From contig JBAXBA010000102.1 in NCBI GenBank assembly GCA_037142195.1, forward strand, positions 1-11,979: DNA of 11,979 nt, in the 5' to 3' direction. The position numbers were made by a program, and so were the translations under genes. Of this stretch, positions 1 to 6,899 are shown piece by piece. The first letter of the stretch is position 1, and every line of letters begins with the position of its first letter. The DNA comes from Pseudomonadota bacterium. Its GTDB lineage: Bacteria > Bdellovibrionota_B > Oligoflexia > Oligoflexales > CAIMVM01. Under the pieces are notes generated by a model, which did not search any database, was not told where the DNA came from, and saw only the letters and a program-made list of their open reading frames with translations.

Positions 1-126
1 TCCAGAAATAAAAGATTTATTCGGATCGTTACGTATTTAGTTCAGGAAGTTAGGGCTTGATAGAATTTGAGCAGTTGCGACTTTTCGGGCTCCCAAAGTC
101 CACCGCAGCGGTATTTTCTCTATTAT

Positions 127-159
127 CTTACTTTACTCATAACTAAAGTAAGGTATAGT
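127..159 (+). promoter_or_regulatory. Inverted repeat overlapping a probable promoter of the ATPase gene
   Basis: CTTACTTTA (127-135), 8-nt spacer, TAAAGTAAG (144-152) is a perfect 9-bp inverted repeat. A -10-like TATAGT lies at 154-159, ~30 nt before ATG 190. Confidence 0.45.
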
Positions 160-189
160 GTAAATTACTCATGTATAGGGTATATTACT

Positions 190-1335
190 ATGACTTCATT
201 AAGATATCTAGAGAAGTGGGTCCTTGCTGACTTAGAGCGAAAAATGGTTTTTCTCGGAGGGCCCAGGCAGGTGGGGAAAACTACTTTAGCGAAAGGAATT
301 CTAGCCAAATATAATCTTAGCGAAGATATCGCTTACCGCAATTGGGATATCCTAAGCGATCGAAAGGAGCTGTTGCAAGAACGCCTGCCTTTGGACCCGC
401 CCTTGATCGCCCTTGACGAGATTCACAAGTTTGTGCGCTGGCGAAGCTTTGTCAAAGGTTTTTACGATAGATACTCCCCGCATCGCTCCCTCCTAGTCAC
501 CGGTTCTGCTCGACTGGACCACTTTCGAAAGGGAGGCGACTCGCTTCAAGGCCGATATCACTATTATAGGCTGCACCCCTTATCGGTTTCTGAGTTACTT
601 GAGCACCACAAGGATTCCTTTGATTTAGAAAGACTTCTAAAATTTGGAGGCTTCCCAGAACCGTATTTTTCAGCCTCAGAAAGAGACTGGCGGCGATGGC
701 AGCTGGAAAGGCAGTCTCGGATACTCTATGAAGATCTTCGCGATTTGGAGCGAGTACAAGAAATTACAAAAGTAGAGCTTTTAGTGGATGCGCTCCCTTC
801 TCGAGTGGGATCGCCACTTTCGCTAAAGTCGCTGGCAGAAGATCTTTTAGTTGCCCACAGCACCGTAGAAAGATGGCTCGGGATTTTGGAAAATCTTTAT
901 TTGTGTTTTAGAATCTCGCCTTTTGGATCGCCAAAAATCAGAGCCGTTAAAAAGGAGCAAAAAATTTACTTGTGGGATTGGTCAGTTATTGAAGATGCCG
1001 GAGCTCGTTTTGAAAATCTTGTGGCATCGCATTTGCTAAAGTACTGTCATTTTGTTCAAGATACGGATGGGCACCTCATGGAGCTTAGATTTGTTCGAGA
1101 TACGGATAAACGCGAAGTAGATTTTGTGGTTCTTAAGAATAAAAAACCTATATTTGCCGTGGAAGCCAAAGTTTCAGATAAAAGCCTATCTCCGCATCTG
1201 CGCTATTTTGCGGAGCGAACCGAGATTCCAAAGTTTTACCAAACCCATTTAGGCTCCGCCGTCTACGGCGATCCAGAAATCGAGGGAAGAGTCCTTCCGT
1301 TTGTGGATCTTTGTCGTGAATTGAGTCTTCCTTAA
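190..1335 (+). CDS. AAA+ ATPase, AAA_14 + DUF4143 family (ATP-binding protein with C-terminal PD-(D/E)xK-like motif)
   Basis: Walker A GPRQVGKT, Walker B LIALDEIH, and family motifs LVTGSA, LQGR, GGFPE, FENLV and REVDFV...AVEAK. ATG 190 (MTSLRYLE) is preferred to the TTG at 67 because family members start ~20 aa before Walker A. Confidence 0.9.
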   Translation: MTSLRYLEKWVLADLERKMVFLGGPRQVGKTTLAKGILAKYNLSEDIAYRNWDILSDRKELLQERLPLDPPLIALDEIHKFVRWRSFVKGFYDRYSPHRSLLVTGSARLDHFRKGGDSLQGRYHYYRLHPLSVSELLEHHKDSFDLERLLKFGGFPEPYFSASERDWRRWQLERQSRILYEDLRDLERVQEITKVELLVDALPSRVGSPLSLKSLAEDLLVAHSTVERWLGILENLYLCFRISPFGSPKIRAVKKEQKIYLWDWSVIEDAGARFENLVASHLLKYCHFVQDTDGHLMELRFVRDTDKREVDFVVLKNKKPIFAVEAKVSDKSLSPHLRYFAERTEIPKFYQTHLGSAVYGDPEIEGRVLPFVDLCRELSLP

Positions 1336-1402
1336 AGGTTCGTTTTTAAATATGAATGGAATTAAACTCGATTTATACTTAATTTTAGCTTAATGTTTAC
1401 CG

Positions 1403-1425
1403 TACATCATCCCACCCATGCCGCC
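1403..1425 (-). mobile_element. Putative att core copy 1: groEL-like 3'-end fragment
   Basis: The minus strand reads GGC GGC ATG GGT GGG ATG ATG TAC (GGMGGMM, the GroEL C-terminal tail). It matches 2509-2530 at 20 of 22 positions. Confidence 0.7.
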
Positions 1426-1450
1426 TATGTTTCTGCAGGTACCTTTCCAT

Positions 1451-1540
1451 TTGGTATAGGTAGGTATGTTCAAGTATTTATTGATATTTAACCACAATGT
1501 AAATCGATCCAATACTGAATCAATTGGTATTCTTTGGTAT
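1451..1540. repeat. 10-bp-period short direct repeats next to att core 1 (putative recombinase arm-type or accessory-protein sites)
   Basis: TTGGTAT 1451, TAGGTAT 1461, CAAGTAT 1471, TTGATAT 1481, then a second pair TTGGTAT 1524 and TTGGTAT 1534. Confidence 0.6.
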
Positions 1541-1733
1541 CTAGATGCATGAATATCATCATTGTCTCGTCATCGCTCTATTCGGAATTCAATAATTTCT
1601 GAACTTCTATTTCTAGGACTTTACATTGGTTTAACGGCCTGTTTGTATTGGCAAAGTACAAGGAACTTTAATGTAGAATGCTTTCTGAGATAAATTAAGT
1701 TTGACTGAGTTTACAAAGTAATCAAATTGAATA

Positions 1734-1762
1734 TTGACAAGTACGTATTTAATACGTATTTT
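1734..1762 (+). promoter_or_regulatory. Sigma70 promoter of the TA operon with a palindromic operator in the spacer
   Basis: TTGACA (1734-1739), 17 bp, TATTTT (1757-1762). The inverted repeat TACGTATT-T-AATACGTA (1742-1758) covers the spacer and the start of the -10. Confidence 0.8.
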
Positions 1763-1784
1763 TTCCTCGGGGGGGGATGTCTTT

Positions 1785-2060
1785 TTGAAAGTGATACTGT
1801 CATCTTTAGCAAAAAAACAGCTAAGTCGCAGCCCTGAGTATATAGCTCGTAAATTTGATTATTGGGTCGATCTCATAAAAATGCTGGGGTTGCGAGAAAC
1901 TCGAAAGTATAAAGTATTTCACGATGAGCCATTGCAAGGAGATAGGAAAAATCAACGTTCAGTAAGGCTATCAAAGGCGTATAGGGTAATCTATCGCGAG
2001 ATAAACGAACATAGCTATGAGGTTATAGAGATAATGGAAGTTAACAAACATGACTATTAA
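1785..2060 (+). CDS. higB: Type II TA toxin, RelE/HigB-like mRNA interferase
   Basis: About 91 aa and basic, with the motif HDEPLQGDRKNQRSVRLSKAYRVIY typical of the RelE/HigB fold. It lies upstream of an HTH gene. TTG 1785 follows a G-rich SD at 1769-1777, and the ORF-track start at 1734 is the -35 box. Confidence 0.85.
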   Translation: MKVILSSLAKKQLSRSPEYIARKFDYWVDLIKMLGLRETRKYKVFHDEPLQGDRKNQRSVRLSKAYRVIYREINEHSYEVIEIMEVNKHDY

Positions 2061-2310
2061 GAAAGCGACTTCATTTGGAGAATTTTTGCGAGTTCATCGC
2101 CTTGGCGAAGACTTGTCACAAGTTGAATTTGCCAAGCAGCTTGGTATTTCAAAGCAGCGCCTTTGTGACATCGAACATGATCGGTTTGCTGTAAGCATTA
2201 AGTTGGCTAAAGAAATTGCACTAAAGCTTGATTTTCCTGCTGAATGGCTTGTTAAGTTGGCATTACAAGATCAGATTAAAAAAGAAAAACTTAGCCTTAA
2301 AGTAAGTTGA
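2050..2310 (+). CDS. higA: Type II TA antitoxin, XRE-family HTH (HigA-like)
   Basis: HTH motif LSQVEFAKQLGISKQRLCDIEHDRFAVS followed by AEWLVKLALQ. It overlaps the toxin gene by 11 nt in toxin-first order. Confidence 0.85.
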   Translation: MTIKKATSFGEFLRVHRLGEDLSQVEFAKQLGISKQRLCDIEHDRFAVSIKLAKEIALKLDFPAEWLVKLALQDQIKKEKLSLKVS

Positions 2311-2445
2311 TTTCTTCACTGGATTGCACTGGGGCTCCATTTCAACAAGATCTAGCTAGTTTACGCTAGATAGACTAAATAATGTCAAGACTCGACACTC
2401 TACCAGTATTAGTCAGTGCAAATGCAAAATTAGGGTTTAGTTATG

Positions 2446-2488
2446 CGCCGAGTAAGGCGAGGGAGTTTCACCTTCGCCTTACTCGGCG
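2446..2488 (-). terminator. Strong GC-rich hairpin ~20 nt downstream of the groEL-like stop codon, also downstream of higA on the + strand
   Basis: Perfect 15-bp arms CGCCGAGTAAGGCGA (2446-2460) and TCGCCTTACTCGGCG (2474-2488). There is no clear U-tract, so a terminator role is inferred. Confidence 0.5.
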
Positions 2489-2507
2489 GAATCCTGAAAG
2501 AGGCTCT

Positions 2508-2530
2508 TTACATCATTCCGCCCATGCCGC
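2508..2530 (-). mobile_element. Putative att core copy 2: groEL-like 3'-end fragment with stop codon
   Basis: The minus strand reads GC GGC ATG GGC GGA ATG ATG TAA (GMGGMM-stop), with no groEL coding sequence upstream of it. Confidence 0.75.
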
Positions 2531-2555
2531 GAGTTTCATGGTGTCTCAAACTGTT

Positions 2556-2678
2556 TAGGTACCTGTTTGTATCTATTGGTACTGACAGGTAAATTTAAAA
2601 AACTTAGCCTCTTGAACCCCGAATGTTTTGGTACTGATTTGTATTGGTTTAACTGAAAATTGGTCCGTTGCTGGTCCG
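2556..2678. repeat. 10-bp-period short direct repeats next to att core 2 (putative arm-type sites)
   Basis: TAGGTAC 2556, TTTGTAT 2566, TTGGTAC 2576, CAGGTAA 2586, then the pair TTGGTAC 2628 and TTTGTAT 2638, and the pair TGGTCCG 2661 and 2672. Confidence 0.6.
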
Positions 2679-2712
2679 CAAAGGTAGCGCCGTGCGCCAA
2701 TTCCGGATTTTA

Positions 2713-2750
2713 TAAAGTAAACTTGACGAATATTCACCAAGTTTACTTTA
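2713..2750. repeat. AT-rich 13-bp perfect inverted repeat
   Basis: TAAAGTAAACTTG (2713-2725), 12-nt spacer containing the palindrome GAATATTC, then CAAGTTTACTTTA (2738-2750). Confidence 0.8.
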
Positions 2751-2884
2751 CAATGACTCGAGACAGCGCAGGGCGCAGTGCAAAGCATCAAAGTTCTCAA
2801 GACTAAATTCGCTCAAATTGTTATGAACCGCAATAAAAAATACCTTGACGCACCGCTAGATTAATAGGGATGACGAACAGCACT

Positions 2885-3277
2885 TTAGCAAGGCCTCCAT
2901 CCTGAGTTTACCAAAACGACGCGATAACCATCATGATCTTGAAACGTTCGGCCGTTGTTGGCCCAGTATGGATTGAACGAATTCACCTCATTAAAACCGG
3001 CTGACAGCATCTTTTTGCAAGACGCTTGCCATTCGGATGGCAACTCTATATAGAATATAGCCAAATCTTCATTTGTCGGGCTTGGCATTACAGGGTGGCT
3101 TCTACAGTGGGTGAACTCGAAGTGATAGCTTGTGCCGACATGGCCCAGCATGACTCCGTCGAATCCTTCATGATCGAGGAAACCACCAATTACTGACAAG
3201 TCCAACCCGGCGCAATACATGATTTGGCTTTTTGTTAAGTTGCTGACGGGGCGCGCAATTCGAAGGTGATGTGACAA
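2885..3277 (-). CDS. VOC/glyoxalase-superfamily protein, YycE-like
   Basis: Motifs HLRIARP, F.DHEGFDGVMLG, YHFEFT, EDL..FY, NPYW...G.TFQDHDGYRVVL. The TTG start at 3277 is preceded by SD AAGGGGAG. Confidence 0.85.
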   Translation of the reverse strand: MSHHLRIARPVSNLTKSQIMYCAGLDLSVIGGFLDHEGFDGVMLGHVGTSYHFEFTHCRSHPVMPSPTNEDLAIFYIELPSEWQASCKKMLSAGFNEVNSFNPYWANNGRTFQDHDGYRVVLVNSGWRPC

Positions 3278-3346
3278 AGTTCGTCTCCCCTTTTTTTTAA
3301 AAACTAAAACTAGCCAGTAATAGAACTCCTGCACTTTATCAGAGCA

Positions 3347-4325
3347 ATGTAGCAGTTTCCTACCGAAAATACGCCGGAATTTCTTTTAAATTTCTTGAAT
3401 GTGCGCGCGGCTGCCCTTGATCATACTTACAACTCCAGCAAGGTAGTTCCCAACCGACCCGTTGCACTCACTGAACTTCTCACAGAGTTTGATGACTTGT
3501 GCCGGCTTAATCAAGCCAGCGTTGTATCCGATAGGTTCCAACATTTTAAAATTCTTAATGCTGTACCCGAGGATTTTTGCGAAAGGATTTTTGCAATTGA
3601 ATCGGAGGGACACGTACTCGCAGGCATACGATTTGCTGGTGGCAATCCAGAAAAGCCATTTGTCAGCATTTGGCCTGACTTCGCCATTTCAACGCAGAGT
3701 ACGATCTCACTCCTGACAGAACTAGCAACACAGGAATTCTCCATCTTTGCTCCAAAGGAAATTAACTTCTGGTTAAATCCAGAGACCGATATCGCTCGAG
3801 CGTTAAGAGAAACAATCACACCTAGGTTGAGGTACATAGTCGGTCGAGCTAATAGAATCCGCATGCAGGATCGCCCCCAGCGCTATGAAGATGTTACATG
3901 GATTCGACCCGACGGCGATGAATATCTTGATTGGTATTCCGCATCCTACCGAGTATTTCATGAGCTACGCCCGGACCTGCGGGATTGGGTGCCAGCTAAT
4001 GAAAGAGAACAAATGGAAGTGTCCCGCAGCCACGGCTTACTTTTCTTAGCTCATGTAAACGGTATCAGAGCAGGCCTCATTGCTGCTATCCCTCGTTCTC
4101 TTCTAGGTCATCGAGGAGTTTACTTTATTGATAAAGTGATGAGCGGTGACCACAAAGGGAAAGGACTAGCTCAAGTCATTCAAAGAAAATTTATCGACGA
4201 ACTCTCAGAAGAAGTTGATGTCGTATGGGGCACGATTGATGCAAAAAAATATCACCTCAAAAAAGACAGCTCCGAGGGTCGGAAGAAGCTCAATAAGAGA
4301 AGAGTTTTTCGTTCCGCTGAATTAG
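3347..4325 (+). pseudogene. GNAT-fold acetyltransferase-like gene, apparently disrupted by a frameshift in an A7 run and possibly a nonsense at codon 2
   Basis: Acetyl-CoA motif HKGKGLAQ and VWGTIDAK are present. Deleting one A at 4243-4249 gives AKNITSKKTAPRVGRSSIREEFFVPLN-stop (4325), which restores the GNAT N-x-x-S motif. The in-frame ATG at 3347 is followed immediately by TAG. The ORF track calls 3395-4369. Confidence 0.6.
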
Positions 4326-4622
4326 GACATGCATCTATGCGGCGACTGTGGTTAATTTACCTTTTTTGAATCGAATATTTATTAAATCACCTTAAAAAGT
4401 CCAGACTAATCGCTTGCCAATGGATACGGTATGGATAGTCCGCCCCTGGTTTATTTCGCGAGATTTCGAGGTAAGACTGTCGAACATTCAGCAGGTCAAT
4501 GGTAAATTGATTTGGCGCAATACAGGGGCAGAGCTAGTGATAAATGATTCAGCTCAATTGAAAAAGAGTCCTATAGGCCAAAAGTCTAAGGGCCTCAGAT
4601 TAATTAACAGATGATATTGAGA

Positions 4623-4787
4623 TTACTTCGAAAGTTCAGTAACCGTTACATTGATCTTTTGTGTGGCAATGTCGCCTTCTGTTCTTAGTTTAACATAAGC
4701 ATCTTGAGCAGGTATTCCTTCTGCTAATACTCTTGTGCCGCTAACCTGTGGCTCCTCAAATTGGTAGAAGTACCACAAATAAGGCAT
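4623..4787 (-). CDS. Small hypothetical ORF (54 aa) or C-terminal gene remnant
   Basis: Hand translation: MPYLWYFYQFEEPQVSGTRVLAEGIPAQDAYVKLRTEGDIATQKINVTVTELSK-stop. The composition is protein-like, but there is no good SD and I recognise no family. Confidence 0.3.
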   Translation of the reverse strand: MPYLWYFYQFEEPQVSGTRVLAEGIPAQDAYVKLRTEGDIATQKINVTVTELSK

Positions 4788-4888
4788 TTAGATTTATTCA
4801 AACTGCGTCTTCCCCCCCCCCATATTACGGTTAGAGGTCAGGTGGTGCTGGCGGGAAGTGTCCTTAGTATTCCAACTTCTCCTTCTAA

Positions 4889-4942
4889 TTGAACTCTCTT
4901 TGTTAAGGGGCTTTCGCGAAGTCGAGCCCCGGAAGAGTTCAA
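4889..4942 (-). terminator. Nested hairpin downstream of the beta-barrel gene
   Basis: Inner stem GGGGCT/AGCCCC (4907-4930) inside an outer stem TTGAACTCT/AGAGTTCAA, ~20 nt after the stop at 4964. Confidence 0.55.
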
Positions 4943-4963
4943 GGATTTGAGGTCAAATTGCTA

Positions 4964-5689
4964 TCATGGAGTAACGGGTGCTTTTGCGGGGGATTTCTTC
5001 TTTGTCTTCTTTTTGACTCCTGATTTTTTGGCTGCTTTAGGTGTCGCCGCGGCATCTGTGCCGTTAGCAGCTCCTAAAGTCATAGAAATTCCAGCGCCAA
5101 AAATTATGGTGGAAACACCTGATGAACTTTCTTTGAATTTTGATGAGCCGTAAGTAAAAAAGCCGGCTAGGGCTATGGTCGGAGACAGGTTATAGTATCC
5201 GTCGGCTTCAAATCCAAACATAGCTCCTTGTTTAGAGGTTGTCTCACCTGCGAGGAGGCCTGTTCCTGTCATTTTGGCTTCCCCGCTTAGAGAGGCATCA
5301 AAGAAGAGCTGCGTTGCTAGGGCTATATCGCCCATTGTATATTTCGTTCCTATTCCTGTGCCCACTTGTATACCTGAGTAGGTAGCGCTTAAGGTAGAGG
5401 CTTGAACTTCCGTAAGCGCTTCAAGTGAGTATGCTTTACTTTTAACGGTGATATAGCGCAGGTGTGGCTCTGCAAAAATTCCGAGGGCTCCCATTTGCAT
5501 AAAAGTTACTGGCACTCCAACTTGAAACGCAAATCCAGATAGACTTACGTCTGTAGCCGCAGAAGCTTCCGTTTCCGGTATGAGGGCTTTTGCAGTTAAC
5601 ATGCTATATCCGCCATTGACGTTCAGTCCCAAAGTAAAGGCAGAGGCTATTGAAGATTGCATAGCTGCAAATAGAAGAACTTTTTTCAT
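4964..5689 (-). CDS. Secreted outer-membrane beta-barrel-like protein with Lys/Ala/Pro-rich C-terminal tail
   Basis: Signal peptide MKKVLLFAAMQSSIASA, alternating Gly/aromatic beta-strands (LGLNVNGGY, IQVGTGIGTKY, FGFEADGYYN, IFGAGISMTL) and SD AGGAG. Confidence 0.7.
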   Translation of the reverse strand: MKKVLLFAAMQSSIASAFTLGLNVNGGYSMLTAKALIPETEASAATDVSLSGFAFQVGVPVTFMQMGALGIFAEPHLRYITVKSKAYSLEALTEVQASTLSATYSGIQVGTGIGTKYTMGDIALATQLFFDASLSGEAKMTGTGLLAGETTSKQGAMFGFEADGYYNLSPTIALAGFFTYGSSKFKESSSGVSTIIFGAGISMTLGAANGTDAAATPKAAKKSGVKKKTKKKSPAKAPVTP

Positions 5690-5824
5690 GGTCCACTCCT
5701 AAAGATCTCAGGATAGACTTCGGATTTCCCCAAAAAGATAGTGAGCAAATCATCGAAAATGAGTTAGCTATAAGACTCGCCGATAATGGCTAATACTCTA
5801 ATAACATTGAGTATGTATGAATTT

Positions 5825-6784
5825 TTACAAGTACTCTGATTTTTTCGAAAGGCGATTAAAATGTTCCGCAGCGGCGAATGGTAAAAGGCGCTCCAATTTA
5901 ATTGATATGCCACCCAATGATCCGGCTAGGTTCAAATATTCTAGTAGGGCCTCCTTATGAAAGGCACCGCGACGTTCTGCGGAAATAAGCCTATTTTTGG
6001 GAGTATGTTCACTGGGTATAAATTCCGTTGTGGTTACTTCATAGCCTGAGCCCCGTAGCAAGAGAATTCTAAGGGCATCCGTCATCAGCGCCCCCGTTTC
6101 GCGGCGTAACAAGGGCGCGTTCATAACTACTTTAAATGGGTGATCAGCATTAGTTCTAGAAAAGTCAGTCCACTGCTGGGAGAGTTCAGCCTGGCAGCAG
6201 GGAGCACTAGCAATAAAGTCAGCAGAGGTTCTGAGCGCTAAGCCAAGGGCGTCGTCAGTGGCTGTGTCGCAGGCATGAAGAGAAAATACAGCATGAAATC
6301 TCGCGCTTTTTCGGAGTTCTTCAGGTTGCTCATTCAGGATTTTGAAGTAGTCATCAACAGATATCGTTAAAAAGGATACGGAATCTTCAAATCCAAGTGT
6401 CTTGGCTCTTTCCTTCGAGCGCTCAATGAATTTAGAGTTGGAATCGATTCCGTTGATTTCAAAGGGATGGTTAAGAACTTCTTTAAAATACCAAGCGATT
6501 AGAAAAGTCAGGTAAGAATTTCCGCAGCCACAGTCAAGAATGCGAACTTTAGGAAATCGTTCCTTAAGTCGCTCAAGTGGTCGACGAGTTAGCTCGAGCA
6601 TGTGATTGATTTGCAGATACTTGCTGGTTTGATCTGCAGAGATAGAACCGTCTCGATTCATAAGCCCTAATGTAAAAAGCAGCTCAGCTCCATTTACGGG
6701 AAGTAGCAGCAATTTCTTGCCACCCGTAAGTTTTTTCAGTCGATCTGGATTCCAATGCTTTTCAGCAGTTTTTTTTATGGACAT
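5825..6784 (-). CDS. Class I SAM-dependent methyltransferase (Methyltransf_32-like)
   Basis: Motif I ILDCGCGNSYLTF and family motifs K..QINH, SLHACDTATD, APCCQ and EHTPKN. SD GGAG. Confidence 0.88.
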   Translation of the reverse strand: MSIKKTAEKHWNPDRLKKLTGGKKLLLLPVNGAELLFTLGLMNRDGSISADQTSKYLQINHMLELTRRPLERLKERFPKVRILDCGCGNSYLTFLIAWYFKEVLNHPFEINGIDSNSKFIERSKERAKTLGFEDSVSFLTISVDDYFKILNEQPEELRKSARFHAVFSLHACDTATDDALGLALRTSADFIASAPCCQAELSQQWTDFSRTNADHPFKVVMNAPLLRRETGALMTDALRILLLRGSGYEVTTTEFIPSEHTPKNRLISAERRGAFHKEALLEYLNLAGSLGGISIKLERLLPFAAAEHFNRLSKKSEYL

Positions 6785-6899
6785 AGCAATCTCCGCAATG
6801 CCTTCCTACCTAACAAATTTGTGAACTTCCAGGCCAAAATAGATTTATCTAGGATTTTTAAGCAATCCATGGCACTGAGAGGCTTGGAGGTAGGGTTTT

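Noticed and set aside
67..189. N-terminal extension of the ATPase ORF from TTG 67
   Set aside because: It overlaps AT-rich promoter-like sequence and an inverted repeat, and family-like sequence begins at ATG 190.
1734..1784. Toxin start at TTG 1734
   Set aside because: This TTG is part of the -35 box TTGACA, and the SD supports 1785.
2324..2421. 8-bp inverted repeat TTGCACTG/CAGTGCAA as MITE ends, and a minus-strand TTGACA as an antisense promoter
   Set aside because: The repeat is short with no target-site duplication, and the best -10 is 19 bp from the TTGACA.
1403..2678. CRISPR array or integron attC interpretation of the repeats
   Set aside because: There are only two copies ~1.1 kb apart, no regular spacers, no cas genes and no RYYYAAC...GTTRRRY attC structure.
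2573..2800. 75-aa minus-strand ORF
   Set aside because: It has no recognisable motif or SD and runs through the repeat arrays and inverted repeat, so it is probably non-coding.
3386..3864. ORFs 3386-3613(-), 3462-3716(+) and 3511-3864(-)
   Set aside because: They are shadow frames within the GNAT-like gene.
4414..4614. 66-aa plus-strand ORF
   Set aside because: It has no SD and no recognisable family, so it cannot be supported as a gene, although a remnant is not excluded.
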